Assembly: GCF_039654945.1 (NCBI RefSeq)
Contig: NW_027361797.1
Coordinates: 20,026,001 to 20,090,000 of the forward strand
From: Dendrobates tinctorius
Lineage: Eukaryota
Length of the DNA: 64,000 nucleotides
Reading direction: 5' to 3'
Shown here piece after piece: positions 51,300 through 64,000 of this stretch (its first letter is position 1; the number at the start of each line of letters is the position of its first letter). The notes beneath the pieces are model-generated. The model was not told the origin of the DNA. It worked only from the letters and a program-made list of their open reading frames with translations, and did no database searches. The position numbers and the translations under genes were made by a program.

Positions 51300-51666
51300 C
51301 TGCACACCATTTTTTGACATCATTGCATTAAGCTCCTGCAATCTAGTGGCAGACAGCAGGGAAAAAGAGGAAAACAGAAGCAGTCCTTGGGCAGGCATCG
51401 GGCTCCTCTTTTCTAAACTACACAGCTCCCAATGAGCACTATGTTGTAAACAGAAGCATTAACAATGAAAATTCTTCTATTGGGTAAGAAATTCACATGA
51501 TGAAAAAAATAATAATAAAAAAGTCTGAAAAACCTGACCATATAAACTATAAATAAAACATAATTTATTTGATATCTATCTTAACCTGGAGAACTAAGTA
51601 AGCAGGTTATTTATTCTGAAGTGTGAACAGTATAAAAAAAAACAAAACAAAAGCATAAAAAAATTA

Positions 51667-53111
51667 CCGTATATACCCGAGTATAAGCCGAGATTTTCAA
51701 CCCATTTTTTTAGGCCGAAAGTCCTCATTGTCTCAGGGGGTTGGCGGGGGAGCGGCATGAGCCGGCGGCTGCCACATCATACTCACCCCCTCCTGGTGCA
51801 GTCTCTGCACTTCCCTGCTTCTCAGATGATCTCCGACGCTGGCAGCTCTTGCTGTGTTCAGCAGTCATATGGTACCGCTCATTAAAGTAATGAATATGCA
51901 CGCTTCTCCACTCCCATAGACGTGAAGCGCATATTCATTACTTTAATGAGCGGTACCACATGACCGCTGAACACAGGAACAAGCTGCCGGTGCCAGAGAC
52001 CATCAGAGAAGCAGGGATGTGTAGAGACCGTGCCAGGAGGGGGTGAGTATGATGGGGAGGATGGGGAGAAGCCATACGATATTCACCTGTCCCCGTTCCA
52101 CTACCGTGCTGTGCTGTCTTCAGCATCCTCTGGCTGTGTCGTTCAGGTCAGAGGGCGCAATAATGTGTTTAGTGCACGCCCTCTGCCTCAAGTCACTGCA
52201 GAGACCCAGAAGACAGAGCGGCACCTGGCAGTGGAATGGGGACAGGTGAATATCGCAAATGCCGAGGGCCTGAGCCAGCGGCGACACCGGCATCTGGCCT
52301 CCAGCAACGAGAGGTGAGTATGTCATTTTTTTATTTTTTTTAATCGCAGCAGCATATGGGGCATACTATTCTATGGAGCATCTTATGGGGCCATCAACCT
52401 TTATGGAGCAGCATATGGGGCATATTATACTATGGAGCATCTTATGGGGTCATCAACCTTTATGGAGCAGCATATGGGGCATATTTTTCTATGGAGCATC
52501 TTATGGAGCCATAAACTTTTATGGAGAACTATATGGGGCATATTATTCTATGGAGCATCTTATGGAGCCATCATTAACCTTTTATGCAGCATTATATGGG
52601 TATATTTTAATATGTAGCATCTTATGGGGCCATTATTAACCTTTGTGCAGCATTATATGGGGCATATTTTTTTGGATGGGGCCCATCTTGAACTTTATGG
52701 AGCTTTATATGGGGTGTATTTTGTATGGAGCATCTTATGGAGCCATAAGCTTTATGGAGCAGCGTATGGGGCATATTATTCTTTAGAGCATCTTATGGGG
52801 CCATTATTAACCTTTGTGCAGCATTATATGGGGCGTATTTTGTATGGAGTACCTTATGGGGCCCATCATGAATGGTATGGAGCATTATATGGGGCTCCTG
52901 ATTCAATATGGATATTCAAATACATTTAACCTATTGATGTCTCAATTAATTTTACTTTTATTGATATCTATTTTTATTTTTTAAATTTACTAGTAGGTGC
53001 TGCATTTTCCAACTAGGCTTATATTCAAGTTAATAAGTTTTCCCAGTTTTTTGTGGCAAAATTAGGGGCCTTGGCTTATACTCGGGTCAGCTTATACTTG
53101 AGTATATACGG
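51667..53111. mobile_element. TcMar (Tc2/pogo-like) MITE with minisatellite
   Basis: TA|CCGTATATACCCGAGTATAAGC...GCTTATACTTGAGTATATACGG; palindrome ~51780-52050; TATGGAGCATCTTATGGGGCC repeats at ~52350-52900. Confidence 0.88.
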
Positions 53112-54136
53112 GACTTCCCCTAGTCATGTCACAAAGAGTATATAAATTACCAAGTAACTTTTATGTACCTTCAAACCACACCATAAAAATAAACCATGAA
53201 AAATAATATAAAATAAAATGTAAAAAAAACTGTTGAAATTCAGAGAGGAAAAATGAAAAAAGAGCCATCCTAAGAATGGACAGGTCATTTCTTCTCTCCG
53301 CTTAACGGTTTGAGAACCCTGAAGCGGTTTAAAGAGGTGACATAAGACAGAACATGTGCACAGCAATATCATTTTTCCAATGTTGTGCATCATGTTCATT
53401 TTAGGAGGCTCTTTTGTGGCACTTTTTCAGGAGCATTTCCACCTAAAAATGATGTTGTGTGCACATACATTCAGCCTGGCAAATAGAGAGTTAAAGATTA
53501 TTTTTCTTTCCTTTCTGTAAATCTGGCAAAAATGGAGAATTTTAGTGATTGCATCAACAGAATAAATAGACTGTGGTTTCATTACTTTAGAAAAGTTGAA
53601 TGTAAATCGATGCTTAGTGAAATATACATGTGGAAAATGACTGCTGGAACTGAATAAACTGCTTGGATGGAGCTTAGGGCAATAAGTGACAATCTGTAGA
53701 TAAAAGCTAATTTTAGTATGCATGTAGCTCAGATAGACTGGAGTGAAATGGTCTTTGTGATCCAAACCAATCAACTGTCCAGTGCTTTTTCTGCAGAAAA
53801 TAATTTCCAGATGGATAACCAGTTACTAACATGCAGTACTGTGGACTGTGAGCAATAGAGAAAGTCATAAAAACAGCTTTCCATACACTCCACTCTACTT
53901 ATTATCCTGAAGAGACCTGAATAATTACAGGAATCAAGTCCACTTTATTTATTGCATAGCTAGGAAGCACCGGGACATGTGATACCCTTGCAGACATCTT
54001 TATTTCATCATTGCTGTACCGTTGGAAGGCTTTCCCTATCCAATAATTAATATAAGGCAAGCAGGTGAATCCTTACCTTTTAACAGCATGCTGTCTTCAG
54101 CTCTACACTGATTATTTTATTTTTTAATACTCTTAA

Positions 54137-54954
54137 AGTGGTGGTCCGAAATCCAAATTTATTTTCATCCTTAATCTCTATCAATTTAATGCCATAATTT
54201 AAACTATTTTCTAATATACTTGAATTAAAAATTATCCTTCCCTAGCTACACTATCTTACTGCTTTTCTTTCTTTTTTTATGCTTCCTTTTCCCAGTGCAT
54301 GCTGGGATTCCCAAATGCATCAAACATATCAGGGGACATAAGCTGCATTTACTGCCTCATCCTCTGCCCATTCCTTGAATCGAAGAGTTATCAGTGATGC
54401 TCTTTTCAAGGGCTGGGTTAGTCCTTGCTCTGTCCCTGCATGACGTGCACAATGACAGCGCACCCTCTTGCTGCCACCAGAGAACACTGTCTGTGCGCAT
54501 TGTCAGATAAATACCCAGCATGCAGAGGCCAGCGCCACCCCCAAGAGTGATGGTACTTGTTGAGTCAGTACTGTTCTCTGTTAGCCAAGCATTCTTATAA
54601 CGTTCTCTGTGGCCGGCTCGTTACTGCTGATCTGAGCTGGAGAGAAAGCGTGCTGTCATTGTGCCCATTGCACAGCGTATATCGCACAGGGACTAGCCCA
54701 GCCCATGAAATAGAGTCGTTGATGACGCTTTGCTTCAGGGATGGGGCAGAGGTGGATAGAGCATGGACTGGGATTCTCAAACAGAGCATCATCAAAAAGG
54801 AAGGAGAAAAAAAAAGAAAGAAAAGCAGTTAGATAGTGTAGTTAGGGAAGGATAGCGAATTTTTAATTCAAGTATACTAGAAAATAGTTTAGATTAAGGC
54901 ATGAAATAGATAGGGATTTAAGATACAAATTAAATTTCATTTCGGACCACCCCT
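54137..54954. mobile_element. Kolobok-type T2-MITE
   Basis: TTAA|AGTGGTGGTCCGAAAT...ATTTCGGACCACCCCT|TTAA; long degenerate inverted arms. Confidence 0.85.
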
Positions 54955-55690
54955 TTAAAGCAACAGAAACTCATTTTTATATAAATAGAGTTCCAAATTT
55001 TTTTCTAAGTCGCTGGCCTCCTTCTGTGCCACTACAGAGAGTTTAGCGCTAACTGCACTTTGTTATTAATACAGATGAGTGAATCAATAAATAACAAATA
55101 ATTTTCGTTATGACTTTCCCAAAAATTTATTTTCAGCTGATCACCATTTTGTTGGTATGTTTTGAGGGCCAAGGAGGGATAGAAAAGATAAAAAGAATAG
55201 AGAAAAAGAAATGATCCAGAAGTTTGAATTTTTGGACCAGGGCCATGGTCTCTGATGGAGGAGTTAGTAGTAACAGCTGGACAACTTTACTGAGTTAAGC
55301 TGCTTTTAGGGTATAGTCCCAAGGAATGTAAATTGCACTACCTCAAATCCATAGAAAATCTACATGAGTTACATGCTGATTTGTAATGGATGTCACTGCA
55401 GATTGCAATGCATTCCATTGGGTGAAATCTCGGAAGAAAATCCAGACCATAAAATTAACATGTTGTAGATTTAAAATCAGTTTTACACAGCGCATCTTTA
55501 AGATACAGTAATGTCGCATACACTTTGCTAGAACTGTATTAAGATATGAATTATTCCCTGGAAAATCCAGACGTAAAATCTGCAACATAGCTCCACGAGA
55601 TATGTTCACGTGTCATATGTTTGTGTGGTGGGTGCATGATGAATTCTGCTGGTATCACTGTCAGGATACCATTTAGTCATCAGCATTCAG

Positions 55691-56050
55691 GTGCAATACC
55701 CATTCCTGCTAATACATGTGGCGACAAATGACACAGCAAAAAACGACCTGGAAACCATCTGCAGTGACTTTGAAAACTTAGGTAAGAAAGTGAAAGAACT
55801 GGGAGCGCAGGTGGTCTTCTCTTCCATCCTCCCAGTGGATGGCCATGGAACAAGGAGGTGGAATAAAATTCTGCAGGTGAACAACTGGCTACGTCGATGG
55901 TGCCGTCAGCAAGGATTTGGATTTCTGGATCACAGAGTGAATTACCTTTATAATGGACTACTTGCTAGAGATGGGGTGCATCTTACGAAGACTGGAAAAC
56001 ATGTATTTGGAAGTCGCCTTGCTACACTAATAAGGAGAGCTTTAAACTAG
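55691..56050 (+). pseudogene. CR1 ORF1 SGNH-esterase domain, 5'-truncated
   Basis: LIHVATND, VVFSSILP, NNWLRRWC, DGVHL..G motifs; ends just upstream of ORF2. Confidence 0.9.
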
Positions 56051-56257
56051 AACAATGTGGGAAGGGAAGCAAAAAAAAAAAATAGCCATACACCTGACAA
56101 ATGCTATTGAGAACTCTGCTATTAGAAATGGGAGGAAAGAACAAAGACAAAAAATCTAAATAATAAAAATATTGGAGAAAGAGAAACCAATCACAAACTA
56201 AAATGTTTCTATACTAATGCACAAAGCATGGGCAACAAACAAGGAGAATTGGAACTA

Positions 56258-57335
56258 CCGTATTTTTCGGACTATAAGATGCACCGGACCATAAGACGCA
56301 CCCCAAATTTTGGGGTGGAAAATAGGAAAAAAAAATAATGTGTCAAATTGAGGTCCGTCTTACAGTCCGAATTCAGCTTATCAGCGAAGGGATCAGCACA
56401 GGTAGAGGAGTGGTCACAGGGGTCGTTCGGTGGTCCATGCTGGTGCAGTGGTGGTGCTCTGTGTCACAGGGTGCTCTGTGGGGTGGCTGTGCTCCGTGGG
56501 GTGGCTGTGCTCTGTGGGGTGGCTGTGCTCTGTGGGGTGGCTGTGTCCATGGGGTGGCTGTGCTCGTGGGGTGGCTGTGTCCGTGGGGTGGCTATGCTCG
56601 TGGGGTGGCTGTGTCCGTGGGGTGGCTGTGTCCGTGGGGTGGCTGTGTCCATGGGGTGGCTGTGTCCGTGAGGTGGCTGTGTCCGTGGGGTGGCTGTGCT
56701 CTGTGGGGTGGCTGTGTCCGTGGGGTGGCTGTGCTCTGGTCACAATATACTTACAAATCTTGTTGCGGCGGTCCCGTGGCAGTGGTCCCAATGCAGCCTT
56801 CCTGTGCTCTGTGGTGCAGTGGTGTCAGGGCTCTGTAGTGTGGCTGCAGCGGGGCTCTGTGCTGCGTGGGGGGCTCCGCCGGCATTTCGTTAAAGCCCGA
56901 AAGCCCCCCGCAGCTCCGTTGCTGCGACGCGGAGACCTCCGGACAGATGGCCGCCATGGGCCTCCGGAAAGATGGCCGCTGCTCAGTTTCAGATCTCCAC
57001 AACGAGATCTTGTCCCGAGATTTGAATTTGAGTTTGCGCCGCTCCCAGCGGCCATCTTTCTGAAGACCACCGCGTTGCAGCAACGGAGCTGCAGGGGGCT
57101 TTCAGGCTTTAACGAAATGCTGGCGGAGCCCCCCACGCAGCACAGAGCCCCGCTGCAGCCACACTACAAAGCCCCGACACCACAGCCCCACAGAGCACAG
57201 GGAGGCTGCATTGGGATCACCGCCATGGGACTGCCGCAACAGGATTTGTAAGTATATTGCGACCATAAGACGCACCCCCATTTTCCCGAAAAATTTTTGG
57301 GGAAAAAAGTGCGTCTTATGGTCTGAAAAAAATGG
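56258..57335. mobile_element. TcMar (Tc2/pogo-like) MITE in CR1
   Basis: TA|CCGTATTTTTCGGACTATAAGATGCAC...GTGCGTCTTATGGTCTGAAAAAAATGG|TA; 17-18 bp minisatellite at ~56476-56737; palindrome ~56742-57259. Confidence 0.92.
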
Positions 57336-57341
57336 TACTAA

Positions 57342-58732
57342 GGCTGGTTTCACATTTGCGTTTTTTAGTGCTGGAAAAAAACGCACACCTGCGCATGCGT
57401 TTTTTCCCCTATATTTAACATGGGTGCGCATACCTGCGCGCTGGTAAGCGCATGTATGCGATTTTCATGCGCTGCATTTTTTTGGGGTGTGCGTTGGGAT
57501 TTTCCAGATGCAGCATGTTGCATTTTTTGGCCCTGCAAAAAAGCGCATGCGCACATATGCGCACGTTTTGCGCTAAAAATGGCCATTATAGCCTATGGAT
57601 GCGCATATGTGCGCACTGGCATGCTCATGTATGCGTTTTTTTGCATATGCGTTTTTTTTTTTAAACCATGGAATTTAGGGGTTTGGGTTAGAGTTAGGGT
57701 TAGTTAAGGGGGTTTAGGGTTAGGGTTATGGTCAGGGTCAGGGTTGGGGTTTGGGTCAGGGTTAGGGTTAAGTATGGTTTTGTTAAGGATTAGGGTCATG
57801 GTTAGGGTCAGGATTAGGGTTAAGTATGTTTTTGTTAAGGGTTAGGGTCAGGGTTAGGGTTAGGGTTAGGGTCAGGGTTAGGGTCAGGATTAGGGTTAAG
57901 TATGGTTTTGTTAAGGATTAGGGTCATGGTTAGGGTCAGGATTAGGGTTAAGTATGGTTTTGTTAAGGGTTAGGGTCAGGGTTAGGGTTAGGGTTAGGGT
58001 TAGGGTCAGGGTTAGGATTAGGGTTAGGGTTAGGGTCAGGGTTAGGGTCAGGATTAGGGTTAAGTATGGTTTTGTTAAGGATTAGGGTCAGGGTTAGGGT
58101 CAGGATTAGGGTTAGTATGGTTTTGTTAAGGGTTAGGGTCAGGGTTAGGGTTAGGGTTAGGGTTAGGGTCAGGGTTAGGGTCAGGATTAGGGTTAANNNN
58201 NNNNNNNNNNNNNNNNNNNNNNNNNNNNNNNNNNNNNNNNNNNNNNNNNNNNNNNNNNNNNNNNNNNNNNNNNNNNNNNNNNNNNNNNNNNNNNNNNNNN
58301 NNNNNNNNNNNNNNNNNNNNNNNNNNNNNNNNNNNNNNNNNNNNNNNNNNNNNNNNNNNNNNNNNNNNNNNNNNNNNNNNNNNNNNNNNNGTTTGGGTTA
58401 GGGTTAAGTATGATTTGGTTAAGGGTTAGGGTCAGGGTTAGGGTTAGGGTTAGGGTCAGGGTTAGGGTTAGGGTTAGGGTCAGGGTTAGGGTTAGTAAAG
58501 TCATGGTTTGGGTAGTGTGAGGGGCCACCTAAAAATGTTGGAAAAAAACGCAAACGCGGTAAAAACGCGCTAAAAACGCATACAAACGCATAAAAACGCT
58601 GCGTTTTTTTCATGCATGCTCATAAAAATGCTTGAAAAAAACGCAGCAGTTGTATGCTTATGTATGCGTTTTTTCAATGCGTTTTTTTGCGGGAAAAACG
58701 CGCTGCAAAAAAAAGCAAGTGTGAAACTAGCC
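57342..58732. mobile_element. PIF/Harbinger MITE carrying a telomeric-like array
   Basis: TAA|GGCTGGTTTCACA...TGTGAAACTAGCC|TAA. Confidence 0.9.
57675..58513 (+). repeat. interstitial variant telomeric array (TTAGGG/TCAGGG) spanning an assembly gap at 58197-58390
   Basis: TTAGGG, TCAGGG and TCAGGA hexamers punctuated by TTAAGTATGGTTTTGTTAAGG. Confidence 0.95.
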
Positions 58733-59104
58733 TAACGCAGGAAAAGAAATATGATGTCATTGGAATCACTGAAACTTGGTGGGATGATACACATGATTGG
58801 AATACAAGGCTAGAAGGATACAACTTATTTGCAAGAAACAGACTTGATAAATGAGGAGGAGGTGTCGCATTGTATGTTAGAAACACGTGTATCTGCACAG
58901 AGATTGAAGCTTCAGAGACTGGGAGTTCTGTGGAAACTGTTTGGGTAAGAATACAAGGACAAACAATGGAAAGGACACCATTGTAGGCATTTACTACAGG
59001 CCACCTGTGCAAGCTGAAGATATGGATGAACTCTTTATGCATAAAATGGCCGAGTTCTCCAAACAATATGATATAGTTGTCATGGGAGATTTCAACTATC
59101 CAAA

Positions 59105-60274
59105 TGTCACGGTCATGTATGTCTGGACGCATCGAGTACCGCAAGGCGAACCCATATGACACACGTGACCCTGGATACACCGCCTTCAGTTGGGCGAATT
59201 TAAATAATAAGATGTGCAGCTGGATACACCACCTCCAACTGGCGAATTTAGGTATTACACGTATTTATACAGTAGTCTGGAAACCCTGCCTCCAGTAAGG
59301 CGAATTTAAATAATAAAGGGGAACCTGGGTAACATTAACAATGGTGGGCCCTGTGATAGGGAATAGGGACGTGGAGACCTCCTGCACTCCCCTGAGCCAG
59401 AGTCCCTGCACTCCTAACGTTCCCAATGCCGGTTCCGCACTGGGTGACGCACAGGAACCTTAAAACCCTGACTCGCCCTGACCCTAAACCCTCACTAGGG
59501 AATTGGTCGGTGCGGAAATTAATCCCACCACTGCACTAAACACACACAAGGGAAAATGACAATACAGGGGGAACACCACTTAGCTTTGCTCTGTTGCGTA
59601 TGCTCCTAGCAACAGAGCCCACCACCTGCGTGCATCTTCTCCTCCACCCGGATCCATCACCATAACCGGATCCATCACCATAGTGCAGCCTTGGAGCAGA
59701 GTCCACCATCAGTTGCAGCTGCCAGTAAACAGAGTCCCAAAGATAAGTCCACCTTCTGCCAAAAAGTCCAGCATGCTTGAGTCCAGTTTCCAGTTTTCAG
59801 CAACCAAGTCCAGCATGCTGAGTGCAACTCTCGCCATCGTCGCCACTCCACCAAGCCATGCAAGCACCTCCTGCTGACACCATAAACTGCGACTCCACCA
59901 CGCCAATGCAGCCCTCCATGCAGACTCCATAGCTGACTCAACCCCTCTGGCTGGGCAGCCCAGGACTCTCATTCAGCTCCTTCATTCACCCAGGCTTCCT
60001 TGAGTGACTAATTCACAATATCACCAACAGTGATCAAACACATCTGACACTCTTTTATAGAGCCTCACACCTGATTTGTAATTAAGTGCACATTAAACCA
60101 AAGAAACTAAAGTGCACTACCGCTCACCACCACCGGGGCAACTTAGAATGAATGACACCATGTGTAATAATTCTAATGGCCACCGGGGGGCAATCAACCC
60201 ACTTTGGCACCAAGCCAAAGGAAAAAAAGTTCACTTTGTCCATTTACTTGTCAGATCCACCTTGGATCATGACA
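59105..60274. mobile_element. solo LTR in the CR1 endonuclease
   Basis: TGTCACG...CATGACA termini; CCAAA/CCAGA 5-bp TSD with one mismatch; removal restores GDFNYPDICW. Confidence 0.88.
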
Positions 60275-62486
60275 CCAGACATTTGTTGGGAATCTCTCTC
60301 AGGCAAAACTAACAGGTCAAGGAAATTCTTATCCTCTCTTGCTGACAACTTTATCTTTCAAAAGGTAGGGGAGAAAACAAGGGGAACTGCTACCTTGGAT
60401 CTAATCCTTATAAACAGGGAGGAAATGGTTGAGGAGGTAAAAGTGGCTGGGACCCTAGGAGGTAGCGACCGTGCTGTTTTAGAATTTTGGATAACTAGAG
60501 GAGGAAGACCTGTGAAGACTCAGACGTCAAGGTTAGATTTCGTTAGATTTCAGAAAGGCAGATTTTAAGGGATTCAGAAAGAGAATTGGAGGAATCCAAT
60601 GGCTGGATATCTTTAAGGACAAAAATGTCCAGGAAGGATGGGAAATCTTGAAAAATGAAATTCTCAAAGCACAATTGTTAACAATTCCAAAAAGAGGGAA
60701 GAATAGGAATAAGGAAACCAGGATGGATGAGCACAGAACTTAAGCACATGCTAAAAAGGAAGAAAGAAATGTTTCTAAAATAGAAAGAGGGAGGCATATC
60801 TAAAGAAGAATATAATGCTGTCTGCAGAACCTGCAGGGCACAAATCAGATTGTTAAAGCTGACAATGAATTGAGGCTTGCAAGAGATGTCAAAAGCAATA
60901 ATAAAGGATTTTGGGGATATGTCAAAAGTAAAAGAAAAGTCAAAGATGCTATAGGATTTTTACAGGATGAAAATGATGAAACGATAAGACAGGATGTTGA
61001 GAAGGCCAAACTTTTAAATTCCTATTTTGCATCTGTTTTCTCTCAGAAAGGAAATGTAAGAATGAAGTGATAAAACAGAGTCTGCATGGGTTTGTAACTA
61101 ATAAGTCATGTCAGACTAACTTAATTTCCTTCTATGACAGAATCACTGATTGGGTGGATCAGGGAAATGCTGTAGATATAGTATATCTTGACTTCAGCAA
61201 AGCATTTGACAAAGTATCTCACATAATCCTTATTGAAAAAATGACTAAGTATGGAATGGACAAGGAAACTGTTAGGTGGATTCATAACTGGCTTAGTGAT
61301 CGGACCCAAAGAGTGGTCGTAAATGGCTGCACATCAAGTTGGAAGAATGTCTCAAGTGGGCTACCACAGGGCTCTGTCCTGGGCCCTGTATTTTCAACAT
61401 CTTTATCAATGATTTTGATGAAGGAATTGAGGGTAAACTGATTAAATTGGCTGATGACACAAAGCTAGAAGGGATAGCTAATACTAGAGAAGAGAGAAGA
61501 TTCAAAAAGATATAAATAAACTGGAGCAGTGGGCAGCAACTAACAGAATGGTTTTTAACAGGGAAAAATGCAAAATACTACATCTGGGCAATACAAATGA
61601 AGAAAGCATATACAGAATGGGAGGAATAGGGCTAAGCAACAGCACATGTGAAAAAGACTTGGGTATACTAATAGATCACAGACTGAATATGAGTCAACAG
61701 TGTGATGCAGCAGCAAAAAAGGCAAATGCAATTCTAGGATGTATTAACAGAAGCATAAAATCTAGATCACGTGAAGTCATTATTTCCCTCTACTCCTCTT
61801 TGGTCAGACCTCATCTGGAATACTGTGTCCAGTTTTGGGCGCCACATTTTAAAAAAGACATCAACAAACTGGGGCAAGTTCAGAAAAGAGCGACCAGAAT
61901 GGTGACCGGTCTGCAAACCCTGTCTTATGAGGAAAGGTTGCAGGATTTGGGAATGTTTAGCTTGCAAAAGAGAAGACTGAGAGGAGACTTAATAGCTGTC
62001 TACAAATATCTCAATGACTGTCACATTGCAGAAGGATCATCTTTATTCTCATTTACACAAGGAAAGACTAGAAGCAATGGGATGAGACTGAATGGGAGGA
62101 GACACAGATTAGATATTAGAAAAAACTTCTTGACAGAGTGATCAATGAGTGGAACAGGCTGCCACGAGAGGTGGTGAGTTCTCCTTCAATAGAAGTCTTC
62201 AAACAGAGGCTGTACAGATATCTGTCTGGGATGATTTAGCAAATCCTGCTTTGAGCAGGGGGTTGGACCAGATGGACCACGAGGTCTCTTCCAACTCTAA
62301 AATACTATGATTCTATGATTCTACATCATCATCGCTATTTTTTTTGTTTTTATGTTCCCAGCTGTTAAGCAAATTTTAAAAAAAAGTCTGGAAAACTGTT
62401 TAATGCCTTCTGCTATATGCTATGTCTAAAATTGGCTGAGATAAGGTTCTTACTATCTGCTTTATACCCTACCTAGTTCTCTCATT

Positions 62487-63022
62487 TAGCTCTGGCAAAA
62501 ATTAAGAGACCACCAAATCAAAACCCTGTCATGGGCAGCCCTTTCTGCAGACCTGAACCCCATTGAAAACCTCTGGAATGTAATCAAGAGGATGATGGAT
62601 AGTCACAAGCCATCAAACAAAGAAGAACTGCTTACATTTTTGCGCCAGAATCAGTGTGAAAGACTGGTGGCAAGCATGCCAAGACACATGAAAGCTGTTT
62701 TTAAAAAAAACATGGTTATTCCACAAAATATTGATTTCTGAACTCTTCCTGAGATAAAACATTAGTATTGTTGTTTCTAAATGATCATGAACTTGTTTTC
62801 TTTGCATTATTTGAGGTCTGAAAGCACTGGGTTTTTTTTTAATTTTGACCTTTTCTCCTTTTCATAAAAAAAAAAAATCATTGCTTAGAAATTCAGAGAT
62901 ATGTTATCAGAAGTTTATAGACTAAAAGAACAATTTACATTTTACTCAAAAATATACCTATAAGGAGAAAAATCAGACAAACTGAACATTTAAAAGTGGT
63001 CTCTAAATTTTTGCCAGAGCTG
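62487..63022 (+). mobile_element. internally deleted Tc1 derivative
   Basis: TIR AGCTCTGGCAAAAATTAAGAGACCAC/GTGGTCTCTAAATTTTTGCCAGAGCT; residual [14 protein letters not shown]. Confidence 0.88.
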
Positions 63023-63049
63023 TCTACTGTATATATATATATATATAAA

Positions 63050-64000
63050 CTAGCTGTTTACAGCCAGCTAACGCTCAGCACGCTCATTGCTATCTAATTA
63101 ATGCTGCTGGTGAATAAACTGGTAATGTGTGGGGACAGAGCCTCGTGTGGTAATGTGGGGGGACGGAGCCTCGTGTGGTAATGTGGGGGGTGGGATTATG
63201 TGTGGTAATGTGGGGGGCGGGATTATGTGTGGTAATGTGGTGGGGGGTGGGATTATGTGTGGTGATGTGGTGGGGGGCGGGATTATGTGTGGTAATGTGG
63301 TGGGGGGCGGGATTATGTGTGGTGATGTGGTGGGTGGGCAGGATTATGTGTGGTGATGTGGTGGGTGGGCAGGATTATGTGTGGTGATGTGGTGGGGGCA
63401 GGATTATGTGTGGTGATGTGGTGGGGGCGGGATTATGTGTGGTAATGTGGTGGGGGGTGGGATTATGTGTGGTGATGTGGGGGCGGGATTATGTGTGGTG
63501 ATGTGGTGGGGGGGCGGGATTATGTGTGGTAATGTGGTGGGGGGCGGGATTATGTGTAGTGATGTGGTGGGGGGCGGGATTATCTGTAGTGATGTGGTGA
63601 GGGGGCAGGACTATGTGTGGTAATGTGGTAGGGGGGCAGGATTATGTGTGGTAATGTGGTGGGGGGGCGTGATTATGTGTGGTGATGTGGTGGGGGGCGA
63701 GATTATGTGTGGTGATGTGGTGGGGGGCGGGATTATGTGTGGTGATGTGGTGGGGGCGGGATTATGTGTGGTGATGTGGTGAGGGGCCGGGAATATGTGT
63801 GGTGATGTGGTGGGGGGCTGGACTATGTGTGGTGATGTGGTGGGGGGCGGGGCTATGTGTGGTAATGTGGTGGGGGGGCGGGATTATGTGTGGTGATGTG
63901 GTGGGGGGCGAGATTATGTGTGGTGATGTGGTGGGGGGCGGGATTATGTGTGGTGATGTGGTGGGGGGCGGGATTATGTGTGGTGATGTGGTGGGGGGGC
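63050..64000 (-). mobile_element. Helitron 3' end plus ~30-bp G-rich minisatellite running off the window
   Basis: A|CTAG at 63049-63053 with adjacent imperfect GC hairpin; unit GGATTATGTGTGGTGATGTGGTGGGGGGCG repeated from ~63190 to the end. Confidence 0.75.

Larger units (their letters stand above)
55680..62322 (+). mobile_element. CR1 LINE (ORF1 esterase C-terminus plus ORF2 EN-RT pseudogene) with three nested insertions
   Basis: LKCFYTNAQSMGNKQGELE, IGITETWWD, VGIYYRPP, GDFNYPDICW, LDLIL, VDIVYLDFSKAFD, PQGSVLGP, LVRPHLEYCVQFWAP; (ATTCTATG)n-type tail; internal deletion near 61058. Confidence 0.96.

Noticed and set aside
53427-53774. 115-aa minus-strand ORF in apparently unique DNA
   Set aside because: No domain similarity and no convincing splice-donor pairing.
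53907-53945. CTGAAGA followed by a CCTG/CAGG hairpin
   Set aside because: No GAAA or stem III; likely chance.
56338-57251. 273-aa and overlapping Cys/Trp/Gly-rich ORFs
   Set aside because: Minisatellite plus palindrome inside a TcMar MITE.
57675-58513. True telomere or chromosome fusion site
   Set aside because: Single orientation, enclosed by MITE TIRs and a TSD, with CR1 continuing on both sides.

Overview
This is a eukaryotic, repeat-saturated vertebrate window. The repeat inventory (V-SINEs, CR1, L1, L2, TTAA piggyBac- and Kolobok-type elements, TWA-target Harbinger MITEs, TCTATATATATA-start Helitrons) is typical of a frog genome (inference). No host protein-coding gene is recognisable; only a few weak minus-strand exon candidates are present. 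Most listed ORFs are artefacts of minisatellites or palindromic MITEs. Coding remnants are all mobile-element derived: BEL/Pao pol, two CR1 LINEs, L2, L1 pieces, a near-intact Tc1, older Tc1/mariner, hAT and hATm transposase fragments. The most notable signal is a set of hammerhead-ribozyme motifs. The best is an extended type I hammerhead on the minus strand (43120-43201) inside a 330-bp tandem unit. That unit also carries SPH-, octamer- and PSE-like snRNA promoter motifs and a CTCF-like site, resembling newt satellite 2 or a non-LTR retrozyme. About seven minimal Penelope-type hammerhead remnants occur elsewhere. Other highlights are a hATm foldback element with duplicated transposase fragments, a Harbinger MITE carrying a variant telomeric array, a tail-to-tail MITE dimer, and a CR1 whose endonuclease frame is restored by removing three nested insertions.
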